64,000 bases of DNA from an uncultured Pseudomonadota bacterium. GTDB lineage: Bacteria; Oederibacteriota; Muellerivitia; Muellerivitales; Muellerivitaceae. Below, one piece after another: positions 1 through 9,741 of the stretch. The DNA is taken from positions 23,213 to 87,212 of the forward strand of contig CAVYRH010000020.1 in the NCBI GenBank assembly GCA_963770835.1. The letters are read 5' to 3'. Below the pieces are notes generated by a model, which saw only the letters and a program-made list of their open reading frames with translations, was not told the DNA's origin and ran no database searches. The translations under genes and the position numbers were made by a program. Numbering within the stretch: the stretch's first letter is position 1; each line of letters begins with the position of its first letter.

Positions 1-1855
1 GGTAGAACCGGAACCCGATTCCCAGCTCGATGCCGGAGAGATCGATCATCGATTGGCTTCCGTCATTGTTCGCCAAGGGCGTGGAGAAGTTGGCGATGGG
101 GCCGTTGTTATTCAAGATCAGGTTCGACGTTATCGGGCGGAATTGGAGGAAACGGTAACCCGCGTCCAGGTCCAGCGCCGAAGTCTTGGAATCATCCAGG
201 AAGAACTCGATGGATCCCCCCGCGTCTCCGCCGAAATTGGACCCGGAAAAATCGGCGTTTTCCGTGACCGACGAACCCGCCACGGTGACGCTAGCCCCCA
301 AAAGGAAGTAATAGCCGCCGCTGGCATGCACGATGAAATTGGTGCTCTCGTCCAAGGGGATGAGGAGCTTGGCTTCCAAGGCCCCGCCCCCGGCTCCGGA
401 GGTCCATTCTTCACTATAGGTGTTTTGGTTCAGCGGGGAGAAATTAACCGTTTCCGTGAATTTTCGCAGGGCCTCAACCTTCACACCGAGCTGAAGGGTG
501 GGGTCCAGCGCGAAATCCAACCCCAAGTGCGCTCCGGCACCGAAGGGGAAATTCTGGCCGACATTGATTCCCGGGCCGTAGTAATTGGAAAGGTCCTGCG
601 TGCCGTAGGAAAAGCCGCTGGCCCCGATTTCCAGGGTGAAGCCACCGCCGTCGGGAAGGGTCGGATAAATTTCCCCCGGTGGGGGAGCCTCGGCGGAAGA
701 AGGCGAGGAGGTTCCGGTGGTGGCCGCCCCGCTGGAAGCCGTTTCAGTGCCCGCCGTCGGGGGGGCGGGCGCGGGGGATGCCGTTTCGGTCGAAGGGGCG
801 TTCGCCGCCTGGCCGGTTTGCGCCGTCTGGTCCTCCTGGGGTGTCTCCTTAAAAGTAACGACTTTTCCGTCCTCAACGATATAAGCATCCTTCTTGAGCC
901 CGTCCAAGAACAGGTTCAAGGCCGAATCCTGTTTTTGTTTGAGTAAGTGGGCTTTGATGTCCGGGGCGACCGAGTCGTAATCCGCCGTTCCCTTGCGCTC
1001 CACCTTGGCGATGTAAACGCCGTCGGTGGTCTTGACCAGGCCTAACTCTCCCGATGGAATTTTAAAAACGCCATCGGCCAGTTGGGGGTCCAAATCCACC
1101 CGGTAATGGGTCCCAACGTCCCCGCCGTTTTGGGCCGAGGAGGCGTCTTCCGAATACTTTTTGGCCGTGGCCGCGAAATCGGCCCCAGCCTTGAGATTTC
1201 CAAGGATACCCTTGGCTTGTTTTTCGACTTCGGCCTCGTAACCAGGCTTGGGTTTGGGGGGAATGTGGAAAAGGATGATGGAAAACTTGACCTGTTCGTA
1301 ATCCTTGGGGTGCAGTTGGAAATACTTTTTCACTTCATCGTCCGTGACGAAAACCGAACCGGGAAGGTCATGTTGCTTCATTTGAAGGACCCGTTGGGCC
1401 TTGATGCGGCGCAACAGCTGGTCGTGGACGTACTGCCGCAGGTCGTCTTCGTTGATGCCTTCCTTTTTGAGGCCTTCCTCGAATTCGGCATCGCCGGAAA
1501 AGCGTTTTTTCATGTTCTCCAGCTCTTGGTCCACTTGGTGGTCCACTTCGCCGTCGGACACCTCGATTTTTTCGCGGTCGGCTTCCTCCGCCAGCAGGAC
1601 TTCCCGGATGAACCCCTCCACCACGTCCTTGCGGGCTTTTTCATAATCGGGGCTTCCGGCGGCGGGCATCTTCAGGCCCTGGGCCGCGAAAATATCCGAG
1701 ATCGATTCCTCCATTTCACCCTTCGTCATGGCATCCTGATCCACGACCAGGGCGATCTCATCCACCGTCTTCGGGGCGGTGTCGGCCGCCCAGCCGCGGC
1801 CGAAAAGCGCCAAAACCGCCACGGCACCCAAAACCCCAATTCGTTTACTCCTCAC
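1..1855 (-). CDS. SurA-family chaperone (SurA N-domain + parvulin fold) fused via a low-complexity linker to a C-terminal outer-membrane beta-barrel; 3' end lies just outside the window
   Basis: Absent from the ORF track because its stop is beyond base 1. Manual translation from GTG 1855 is open to base 1: signal peptide MRSKRIGVLGAVAVLALFGRGWAA, SurA-like VDEIALVVDQDAMTKGE, parvulin GADFAATAKKYSEDASSAQNGGDVG, SurA C-helix LKKDAYIVE, a P/A/T/S linker, then amphipathic beta-strands ending IDLSGIELGIGFRFY. Confidence 0.85.
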   Translation of the reverse strand, partial: MRSKRIGVLGAVAVLALFGRGWAADTAPKTVDEIALVVDQDAMTKGEMEESISDIFAAQGLKMPAAGSPDYEKARKDVVEGFIREVLLAEEADREKIEVSDGEVDHQVDQELENMKKRFSGDAEFEEGLKKEGINEDDLRQYVHDQLLRRIKAQRVLQMKQHDLPGSVFVTDDEVKKYFQLHPKDYEQVKFSIILFHIPPKPKPGYEAEVEKQAKGILGNLKAGADFAATAKKYSEDASSAQNGGDVGTHYRVDLDPQLADGVFKIPSGELGLVKTTDGVYIAKVERKGTADYDSVAPDIKAHLLKQKQDSALNLFLDGLKKDAYIVEDGKVVTFKETPQEDQTAQTGQAANAPSTETASPAPAPPTAGTETASSGAATTGTSSPSSAEAPPPGEIYPTLPDGGGFTLEIGASGFSYGTQDLSNYYGPGINVGQNFPFGAGAHLGLDFALDPTLQLGVKVEALRKFTETVNFSPLNQNTYSEEWTSGAGGGALEAKLLIPLDESTNFIVHASGGYYFLLGASVTVAGSSVTENADFSGSNFGGDAGGSIEFFLDDSKTSALDLDAGYRFLQFRPITSNLILNNNGPIANFSTPLANNDGSQSMIDLSGIELGIGFRFY

Positions 1856-2834
1856 GTAAATCCTCCAGGGTGACCCCGATGACCGGGGCCATGTCTTGAT
1901 TGACCTTGATGGCCGATTTTCTCTTTAAATCCGCCATCCACTGGTCGAAACGGTGGTCCTGCTCTTCCTTCATCAAGTCGTCATGAATCCTATCGCGTGC
2001 CTCGGGAAAAGGAATCATCCCGCGACGGCGCCATTCGATTAATTGGAACAGATGATACCCAAAATTGTCCTTCAAGGGCTTTGAAATCTCGCCCGGCTTC
2101 AAAGAAAAGAGGACCTTGAGATAGTTCGGTGGAAGCCGGTCGGCATCCATGAACCCCCAATCCCCGCCCACGGACTTTTCCGGGCCAACCGAGAAGGTGG
2201 AAGCGATCCGCGCGAAATCTTCCCCCTTCCTCAAGCCAGCGAGAGCTTTTTCAAGATCGCCTTTCTTTTGGACGACCAAGTGCCGCGCGTGGACCGCCTG
2301 GGGACGCCAATAATTCGTCAAGTGGGTCCAATAGTACTCCTCGGTCTCCTCAGGCGTGATTTCGACCTTGGAATTGACCTCCTGCTCCACGACTTTTCGG
2401 GCCAGCCGCTCTTGCAGGAGTTTGCGTTTCCAGGCGTCCGGGCTCACGCCTTTGATCTTCAAAACCGCCAAAAAGTCCTCGGGCACGTCCTTGAGGGCGT
2501 CCTGGAGGGCTTCATCCACTTCCGGTTGAGTCAGTTTAAGCCCGGCCTTGCGGGCCTCCTGGATGAGGAGTTTACGGTTGATGACCTGTTCGAAAAGCCG
2601 CCGTTTGATGGCGCGCATCTCGCCTTCGGTGACGGCGTCATAATGGATTTGCATGAGGCGGAATTCGGTGTCGAAATCTTCCAGGGAGAGGGGTTCCCCG
2701 TTGACGGTCACCACCGTTTTGTCCGGTGGGACATAGGGCGGCACTAGGTCCACGGTCGGCGTGGAGGAGCAACCCGCCAGGAGGATCCCCAGTCCCGCCA
2801 TCGCCTTTATCCAATGCCCCTTGGGGAAGCCCAA
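1845..2834 (-). CDS. SurA/PrsA-like parvulin peptidyl-prolyl isomerase, lipoprotein
   Basis: Lipobox LLAGC; VVTVNGEP; parvulin motifs HARHLVV, GEDFARIA, GGDWG, FGYHLFQL. Confidence 0.9.
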   Translation of the reverse strand: MGFPKGHWIKAMAGLGILLAGCSSTPTVDLVPPYVPPDKTVVTVNGEPLSLEDFDTEFRLMQIHYDAVTEGEMRAIKRRLFEQVINRKLLIQEARKAGLKLTQPEVDEALQDALKDVPEDFLAVLKIKGVSPDAWKRKLLQERLARKVVEQEVNSKVEITPEETEEYYWTHLTNYWRPQAVHARHLVVQKKGDLEKALAGLRKGEDFARIASTFSVGPEKSVGGDWGFMDADRLPPNYLKVLFSLKPGEISKPLKDNFGYHLFQLIEWRRRGMIPFPEARDRIHDDLMKEEQDHRFDQWMADLKRKSAIKVNQDMAPVIGVTLEDLREE

Positions 2835-2858
2835 TGTCTCGCCGTTAAAGCCGGGTCC

Positions 2859-3626
2859 TTATTTTCCCCCGGTGTTCTTTGAGTCCGCCTTCTTGTCGAT
2901 GGAAAGGCCGCCATCTTCCGAATCCAACATCTTTTCGCTGATGGACAAACTGGCCAGGTACTTATCGATGACATCCTGTTTGCGGTCCACCTTGGTGGTG
3001 GCTTCGAGGTCCTTGAGGAATTTTTCTGCTTGGACGGTGGACTTGATCCTGTCCTTGACCTTCTCGAAAGGCGGGAGTTTTTGCCCCGCCGCCTTGGCCT
3101 TGGCCGAATAATCATCATACCAGTCCCGCAAGTCTTTTTCCGTCACCACGACGTCGTCGACTTGGCTGTTGGCGTACTGGCGGGCCAACAGCATTTTCTT
3201 GTAGGGATCCTGGTAGCTTTTTTCAATGCGGTGCAGGGTTTGGATGTCTTTTTCGAGCTTGTCCTTTAAATCCTTAAGCTTCAGGTCCGCTTCCTGTAAT
3301 TTTTTCTTCACGTCCTCATCGAAGGCCCCATTGGAGAATTTCGCCTTTTGAGCGGCTTCCAGGACGACTTCCTGGTCGATCAGGCTGTCCAACACCGCGT
3401 TCACCTGGTCCTTGTTATCGGGATCGATAGGGGTCGCGAAAACCCGCAACAAATCGGTCTGCCGCATCCAATCCCCAAAAGTAATTTGATGGTCCCCGAC
3501 AACGGCGACCACCGCGCTGTCGGAGATACCGGCTACGTTGCTGTACTTGTTGCAGGCCCAACCGGCCATGAATAAAACCATTATGGAGGTGGCGTAGAAA
3601 AGCACTTTTTTCAGTCGCGAAAACAT
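2859..3626 (-). CDS. SurA N-terminal-domain lipoprotein, no parvulin domain
   Basis: Lipobox-like GWAC; VVAVVGDHQIT and VLDSLIDQEVVLEAA are typical of SurA_N; helical; no PPIase motif. Confidence 0.7.
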   Translation of the reverse strand: MFSRLKKVLFYATSIMVLFMAGWACNKYSNVAGISDSAVVAVVGDHQITFGDWMRQTDLLRVFATPIDPDNKDQVNAVLDSLIDQEVVLEAAQKAKFSNGAFDEDVKKKLQEADLKLKDLKDKLEKDIQTLHRIEKSYQDPYKKMLLARQYANSQVDDVVVTEKDLRDWYDDYSAKAKAAGQKLPPFEKVKDRIKSTVQAEKFLKDLEATTKVDRKQDVIDKYLASLSISEKMLDSEDGGLSIDKKADSKNTGGK

Positions 3627-3798
3627 GAGGAACTCCCTCTCTCTTTATTAAAACTAGCCAAAAGAAGGCGGTATCCTAGCACGCCCCCCCATGTGCCGCA
3701 AGGCTGGAAACCGGCGATTCGAGTTCAGTTACCGGCTGCCAACAAAGCTTTTTAGGCTTTCAATGGAACTGGGGCCGGAAATGGACAGCTTGAGGTTT

Positions 3799-6700
3799 CT
3801 AGACGGCGGCAACATCCTTCAACAGCTTTTGCACCGCCTCCATTTGTTTTTCCGGCCCCTCATCCCCTTTCATTACCCGGAAGGACACTGAATTGGGGTC
3901 CTGGGGTGAAAAGCGGATGCGCGAAGGAGGCCACTGCTTAAACCATTTGGCCACGCGGTCGGCGGGCGGAGTCAGGTCCGGGTGCCATTGCAGAGACACC
4001 CATCCGTTCTGGGCCTCCAGCCGCTGGATGCCAAGGCGCTTGGTCTGGGGGCGCAGGGATGCCACCTTCAACAGCATCTGGGCCTCCAGGGGAAGTGGCC
4101 CGAAACGGTCTTGGAGTTCCTCTTCGACTTGGGTGAGTTGACCTTCTTCGGTAGCCTCGGCCAGGTGCCGGTAAAACTCGATTTTCAAGGTCTCGTCCGG
4201 AATGTAGTCTTTAGGGAAATAAGCCGTCACACCCAGGGATAAAAGGGGCGTGAAGTCGGCGGCGGTCTCCTCGCCCTTCAAGTGGGCGATTTCTTGCGAC
4301 AGCATCCGGCTGTAGAGGTCGAAACCAATGGAGTCCATGTTGCCGTGCTGCTGGGTGCCCAGCACGTTCCCCGCCCCACGGATTTCCATGTCCTTCATGG
4401 CCACGTGCATGCCGCTTCCCAAAGACGAGAATTCCTGCAGCACTTCCAATCGTTTTTGGGCCAGTTCGCGCAGGGTCACGTGGCGGGGGTAAAAGAAATA
4501 AGCGTAGGCTTGGCGGTCGGTACGGCCTACCCGGCCCTTCAACTGGTAAAGCTGGGCCAGTCCGAAGGCGTCCGAGCGTTCCACGATGAGGGTGTTGACG
4601 TTGGGCATGTCCAAGCCCGACTCGATGATGGAAGTGCAAACCAGCACGTGGTATTCCTTGTCCACGAAGTCCATCATGATGGATTCCAGCTCATGCTCGG
4701 TCAACTGGCCGTGGGCCACCGCCAGCTTGGCTTCGGGAACCAGCTTGTGCAGGCGGTCGGCGATGCGTTCGATGTCCTGGACGTGGTTGTGCACGTAGAA
4801 AACCTGGCCTTCCCGGTTCATTTCCCGGCGGATAGCCTCGGCCACCAAACGGTCGTCCAGGGGGGAAACCTGAACGAGGACAGGCCTGCGGTTTTTGGGC
4901 GGCGTGTCGATAACCGAGATTTCCCGGATTCCGGAAAGCGACATGTGGAGCGTCCGGGGGATGGGTGTGGCCGTGAGGGTGAGGACATCGACATCATGCT
5001 TGAGCGATTTCATTTTCTCCTTCTGCCCCACGCCGAAACGGTGCTCCTCGTCCACGATCAAAAGCCCCAGGTTGGCGAACCTGACGTCCTTGCCCAGGAG
5101 CCGGTGGGTGCCGATGACGATATCGACCTTGCCCTCACGGGTGAGGTCGAGCGCGTGCTTGATCTCGGCGCGGCTTCTAAAACGCGACAGCATCTGGATT
5201 TCCACGGGGTACTCGGCCATGCGTTCCTTGAAGGTGTGGTAATGCTGTTGGGCGAGGATGGTCGTGGGCACCAGGACGGCCACCTGGCGTTTGTCCTGGA
5301 CGGCCTTGAAAGCGGCCCGCATGGCCACCTCCGTCTTGCCGTAACCCACATCGCCGCAGACCAGCCGGTCCATGACCTTGTCCGATTCCATGTCGCGTTT
5401 GATGTCCCGCACGGAGGTGTATTGTCCGGGGGTGAGGTCGAAAAGGAAGGCATCCTCGAACTCGTTTTGCCAGGGCGTATCAGTGGAAAAGGGTTTCTTT
5501 CTTAAGACCTGGCGGGTGGAATAAAGCGCCATGAGCTCCCGCGCCACCGCCTCGATCTCGCGCTTCACCTTGGCCTTCGTGCGGTTCCACTGCTCCCCGC
5601 CCAATTTGGTCAAGGAGGGTGAGCCCTCGGCCCCGATGAAACGCTGGATGAGCGCGATCTGGTCCGTGGGCAGGTAGATTTTCTCGTTGTCCGCGAATTC
5701 CAGCTGGATGTACTCGCGCGTCACGCCGTCGATGGTGAGGGGGGTCAGGCCCCGGTAAAGGCAGATGCCGCAATCGACGTGGACGGTCCAGTCGCCGATG
5801 GAAATTTCATTGAGGGAAGCCAGGGGTTTTCCGCCCGAAATCGTCCTTACCCGCTGGCGCCGCCGTCCCCGGTAACGCCGGAACAAGTCGTGGTCGGGCA
5901 GAACGAAGAGGTTGATGTCGTCGAAAACGAAACTTTGCTCGATTTCCCCCAAGGCTAACGAAAGTTGGGGATTGGCCTTGACGGTTATTTCATCCTGTTT
6001 GAGGAGCTCCGAAAGCCTTTCCCTCTCCCCGCGGTTGTGGCACCAAAGGAGCACTTGGGCCTGGGAAGAAAGCCATTTTGTTAAGTCCCCGGTGAAGGTG
6101 GCGAATTTCCCGTAATAGGGTGGAAGGGACCGTCCCGGCACCGCATGGTTGAAATCAGGGGGCTTTCCGAAAAGTTCCTGGTCGATCTGGGCCAGCGCGG
6201 TTGCTTTTCCTTTTTTCGCTGCGTCCCGGAGGAACTTGACGTCTGAAAAAAGATCTTGGGCGTCGAACAGGTCCGCCCCGTCTTCAGCCGCTTGTTGATT
6301 GCATCCCGCCAAAACGTCTTGCAGCTCTTCCCATTTGCGCTCAAAAGCCAGGGGCTCGAGGAGGAAAAGACGGGTTTCCTTCGGAAGATAGTCGAAAAGG
6401 CACCCCTTCTTCTCCAGGGCCCCTACCGCCTGCCATTGCCAACCCGGGAACTGGTGGGTCTGGTTGAAGAGCTCCAGCGCGTCCGACGCCCAGCGGGAAG
6501 GCGACTCCTCGCTTCCCTGTTTGACCTTGGCCTTCAAGGCTTGCCTCAGATTGTAACGGGTTTCATCCTTCAGGACGACCTCATGGGCCGGAAAGACATG
6601 GACCTCCTCGAGGTTGCCGCTGGAGCGTTGGTTCAAGATGTCCAGGGGCCTGACCGATTCCAAGGTGTCGCCGAAAAACTCAAGCCGCACCGGTCCCGAA

Positions 6701-7314
6701 GGCGACCCCGGCGAGGCGATGTCCAGGATACCGCCCCGCATGGCGAACTGGCCCAGTCGCACCACTTGGGTGACGGCTTCATATCCCATGGCGACCAGTC
6801 TTTCTTTGAGGTTGGACGGTGCCTCCCGGTTTTTTTTGAGGATCAAAACCTGGTCCAGCCACTCCTCGGGGGAAAGGGTGTATTGAAGGGCGCCCATCAA
6901 GGAGGCGACGACGATACAGCTCTCGCCTTGCAGCAATTGGTAAAAAACTCTTTGCCGCTCACCGACGAGCTCCGGATCGGGTGTCTCGGCATCATGGGGC
7001 AGGGTTTCCCAGGAGGGGCAAAGGTAAACCGGCACTTGGGGCAACCAGCTGGAAAGGTCGTCCTGAAGGATGAGGGCCTCTTCCCGCGTGGGAGTCAGGA
7101 GGACCCAGGTTTTTTTCTCTACGAGTTGCTGGTAAAACCAGGCCAACAGGAATGATTTGGAGGATCCGGGGGTGCCGTGGATGAGGATATTGGGTTTCCC
7201 TTCCCGAAGGGACTGGAGAGCCTCCTGGGCTGCGGGCCATTTGAGTTTTTCGAGGGAATAAGGCGTTTTATGGGATGAGGATTCGGCCGGGACGGCCGTT
7301 GGGGGGTTTTCCAT
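3799..7314 (-). CDS. mfd: Transcription-repair coupling factor
   Basis: 1171 aa; UvrB-like N-terminus, RID (VHVDCGI), GDVGYGKT, DEEH, TATPIPRT, QLKGRVGR, DMEIRGAGN, TRCF C-terminus. Confidence 0.98.
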   Translation of the reverse strand: MENPPTAVPAESSSHKTPYSLEKLKWPAAQEALQSLREGKPNILIHGTPGSSKSFLLAWFYQQLVEKKTWVLLTPTREEALILQDDLSSWLPQVPVYLCPSWETLPHDAETPDPELVGERQRVFYQLLQGESCIVVASLMGALQYTLSPEEWLDQVLILKKNREAPSNLKERLVAMGYEAVTQVVRLGQFAMRGGILDIASPGSPSGPVRLEFFGDTLESVRPLDILNQRSSGNLEEVHVFPAHEVVLKDETRYNLRQALKAKVKQGSEESPSRWASDALELFNQTHQFPGWQWQAVGALEKKGCLFDYLPKETRLFLLEPLAFERKWEELQDVLAGCNQQAAEDGADLFDAQDLFSDVKFLRDAAKKGKATALAQIDQELFGKPPDFNHAVPGRSLPPYYGKFATFTGDLTKWLSSQAQVLLWCHNRGERERLSELLKQDEITVKANPQLSLALGEIEQSFVFDDINLFVLPDHDLFRRYRGRRRQRVRTISGGKPLASLNEISIGDWTVHVDCGICLYRGLTPLTIDGVTREYIQLEFADNEKIYLPTDQIALIQRFIGAEGSPSLTKLGGEQWNRTKAKVKREIEAVARELMALYSTRQVLRKKPFSTDTPWQNEFEDAFLFDLTPGQYTSVRDIKRDMESDKVMDRLVCGDVGYGKTEVAMRAAFKAVQDKRQVAVLVPTTILAQQHYHTFKERMAEYPVEIQMLSRFRSRAEIKHALDLTREGKVDIVIGTHRLLGKDVRFANLGLLIVDEEHRFGVGQKEKMKSLKHDVDVLTLTATPIPRTLHMSLSGIREISVIDTPPKNRRPVLVQVSPLDDRLVAEAIRREMNREGQVFYVHNHVQDIERIADRLHKLVPEAKLAVAHGQLTEHELESIMMDFVDKEYHVLVCTSIIESGLDMPNVNTLIVERSDAFGLAQLYQLKGRVGRTDRQAYAYFFYPRHVTLRELAQKRLEVLQEFSSLGSGMHVAMKDMEIRGAGNVLGTQQHGNMDSIGFDLYSRMLSQEIAHLKGEETAADFTPLLSLGVTAYFPKDYIPDETLKIEFYRHLAEATEEGQLTQVEEELQDRFGPLPLEAQMLLKVASLRPQTKRLGIQRLEAQNGWVSLQWHPDLTPPADRVAKWFKQWPPSRIRFSPQDPNSVSFRVMKGDEGPEKQMEAVQKLLKDVAAV

Positions 7315-7580
7315 TTTACGTTTCCTGTGCCTTCATTTATTTGCGTGCCGACATTGCCCATGGTCGGGAATGGAGTAAACACAACAAGGGCTTCCCGCGC
7401 CCCGAGGCGCAGGAAACCCTCAAAAAAAATTTAAATTTCGGGAGATTTTTGCCGGGAAGCGGTTGAAAGTCAACCCTTTGCCCGTTACGAGATGGGAGTT
7501 TTGGAGGGGCTTTGAAGTGAAACGGCGAAAGGGCCCCCGCATCCAGCTTGGCTTTAAAAGCCTGAGGGAGTCTGGAAAAC

Positions 7581-7605
7581 AAAAAGCCCGCCGGGCAGGG
7601 CGGGC
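7581..7605 (-). terminator. Rho-independent terminator after the small zf-HC2 gene
   Basis: Minus strand GCCCGCC-CTGCCC-GGCGGGC-TTTTT. Confidence 0.75.
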
Positions 7606-7633
7606 ATGTTGGCTCTTTTTTAAGAAAAGGGAC

Positions 7634-7789
7634 TTATTCCGGGCTCAAGGACGGGACCAGGGTCAAAAGGAATATGCATTCTGGGCAAACCAGCAAATGA
7701 TACTCCACATCGGCCTTCTGGACGTCCGTCAGCTTTCCGTCCCGGTATAAATCGAGCAACTTCTCAATTCTCCGGCAGTTCTCATCCAT
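7634..7789 (-). CDS. Small (51 aa) zf-HC2 zinc-finger protein of anti-sigma type
   Basis: MDENCRRIEKLLDLYRDGKL...HLLVCPEC matches C...HxxxCxxC; GAGGA RBS before ATG 7789 (the ORF track extends it to an upstream TTG). Confidence 0.75.
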   Translation of the reverse strand: MDENCRRIEKLLDLYRDGKLTDVQKADVEYHLLVCPECIFLLTLVPSLSPE

Positions 7790-7980
7790 AACTTCCTCGC
7801 TTTCCGGCATCCATTGAGCATTGGGCAGCTGCCTCCCAGCCCCCCAAACTTTCGGGTTGACCGGGTTTCCCCTTTTTCCGGGATTACTTAATAACCGGGA
7901 AAAGAAGCGGGTACCATGGTTTCTTTGGTTCCGAGGCATCGCTTGCAAGCGAGCGACTCAATCATCGATTAAATTAAAAA

Positions 7981-7995
7981 GCATTAAATATGCCA
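7981..7995 (-). promoter_or_regulatory. Putative sigma54 -24/-12 promoter
   Basis: Minus strand TGGCATATTTAATGC with exact GG-N10-GC spacing, in an AT-rich intergenic region, facing the zf-HC2 gene. Confidence 0.55.
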
Positions 7996-8198
7996 AAAGT
8001 TAACGGGTTTCCCTTTTCATAAAACGACATTATTTATGGGGAACTTCAAAGATTTTGACGGAGTGAGGGCCATTTAATTCAAACAAAAGCAAAAAACATC
8101 GAAAACTTGGGACACAGATTTGCCGGATAGTTAGTTTTTCAACGGTAAATCCAAAACAACCATTATTTAGGGCTTTTTTGAATCAAGGGGAAGGAACT

Positions 8199-8849
8199 TT
8201 AAAAGGAGAAAAGATTGTTCCCGAGGTGAAATAAGACCAAGACTAAACAAAGGGCTACAGCCGAACCAATGGGGACAGTCAAGTTATCATCCACCTCAAA
8301 GGAGAAAAGCTCCACCATGGCTCCCGCGAAAGCGCCCAAAAAAGCGATCCGCCAATCCTCAAAAAAAGCGTAAGCAATCAGGAAAGCAACCACGAAAAAA
8401 GACGTTGTTCCTTCCATGGACCGCTGGAAAATCTTGAGCCGCCCGAAGTTCTTGCCCCCTAATTCCGCCGCCGCGTCCCCCAAAGACAAGAACAACATGG
8501 CGGTAATAGCGATATACCGGGAAAACAGCAAAATCACCACGAAAAAGGCGAAACAAAGGAAAGTCGAGCCGTTATAGCGGTTGGTTTCGGTACGGCGGAT
8601 GAAGGCCGAAAACACCTTCATGAACTGGGAATTGAATTTATGGTCGTGAAGCCTCAAAAAATCGAAGGTAAAGGAAACGAGGAAACAGCTACCCGAAACG
8701 ATTAAGAGCCAGTTTTTGGTTTCGGGAAGGCTTAATCCAAATGGCTGGTAAAGATAGGCAAGCGGGAAAAGGGAGGAAGCCAAGACGTGGTACATCTTCC
8801 GAAGGCCCTGGAAGGTCTTGGTCTCAATGACTTTATCGGCTTTTCCCAT
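8199..8849 (-). CDS. CTP-dependent dolichol/phytol kinase-like membrane protein (CTP_transf_1 clan)
   Basis: RKMYH, GDAAAELGG, RSMEG and DDNLTVP motifs; multiple TM helices. Confidence 0.85.
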   Translation of the reverse strand: MGKADKVIETKTFQGLRKMYHVLASSLFPLAYLYQPFGLSLPETKNWLLIVSGSCFLVSFTFDFLRLHDHKFNSQFMKVFSAFIRRTETNRYNGSTFLCFAFFVVILLFSRYIAITAMLFLSLGDAAAELGGKNFGRLKIFQRSMEGTTSFFVVAFLIAYAFFEDWRIAFLGAFAGAMVELFSFEVDDNLTVPIGSAVALCLVLVLFHLGNNLFSF

Positions 8850-8960
8850 CTCATCTCCTGGGTTGTTGTTTACCCTGTGGAATTACAACGGTTAAAAAAT
8901 ATCATGCTATTAACATTTTTGAAACACAATTTTTTAAGATGACATTTACGGGATTAACCC

Positions 8961-9626
8961 TCACTTATCGCCTTTATTCGATTTTTCCAAAAAATAGGTT
9001 AGATGTTCCAGCTCGGAAGCCAGATCCACTCCCCGAACCAGAACCGATTTGGGAACCGTCAGGGTGCAGGGAGCGAAATTAAGAATGGCCCTAATTCCGG
9101 CGTCGACTAGGTCGTCCGCCACCCGCTGAGCCTGGCTGGCAGGCACCGCTAAAACACCAATTTCGATTTTCTTTTCCCGAACCACCTGCCGGATTGCCGG
9201 TGTGGCCCATATCCGGATCCCCTCCAGTTCCCAACCGACTTTAGAGGGGTCCACATCAAAGGCTGCCTCAATTCTGAATCCCGCCTTGGTAAATCCTCCA
9301 TACTGGAGGAGGGCCGTACCAAGGTTGCCCGCCCCTACAATGGCGATACGCCAGGCCTTGTGGAGCCCCAGAATTTCCCGCATCTTGACATCCAGGTTCT
9401 TGACGTCATAGCCGATCCCCCGTTGGCCGAATTGGCCAAAGTAAGCCAGGTCTTTCCTCACTTGGGCGGAGTTGATACCTGAGGCCGCAGCCAACTCCTT
9501 GGAAGAGATGACAGACCGGTGGTCATGGATGAACCCGGTGAAGCTTCTCAAATAACGCGGTAAGCGGGCAATGGTCGGTTCAGGGATGCTCTTTTTTTTC
9601 GGCGGGAGTATGGAACGTTTTAACAA
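8961..9626 (-). CDS. rex: Redox-sensing transcriptional repressor Rex
   Basis: RLPRYLR, QVRKDLAYFG, GxGxxG (VGAGNLG), ILNFAP. Confidence 0.96.
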   Translation of the reverse strand: MLKRSILPPKKKSIPEPTIARLPRYLRSFTGFIHDHRSVISSKELAAASGINSAQVRKDLAYFGQFGQRGIGYDVKNLDVKMREILGLHKAWRIAIVGAGNLGTALLQYGGFTKAGFRIEAAFDVDPSKVGWELEGIRIWATPAIRQVVREKKIEIGVLAVPASQAQRVADDLVDAGIRAILNFAPCTLTVPKSVLVRGVDLASELEHLTYFLEKSNKGDK

Positions 9627-9741
9627 TCCAATATTCTCCTTGTGATTTGAAAAAGAAGCCCGGAACTAAAATGAACAACTTCTAAAAAATGAAGAGTCAA
9701 TCTTAGACTCTTCATTTTAAGCCGCTAATTAAAATGACGGG

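Noticed and set aside
53..1873. Plus-strand ORFs 53-946 and 1082-1873
   Set aside because: Antisense shadows of the SurA-barrel gene; no recognisable motifs.
9630..9665. Rex operator upstream of rex
   Set aside because: Only a TTGTGA half-site is present; no matching TCACAA arm at the expected spacing.
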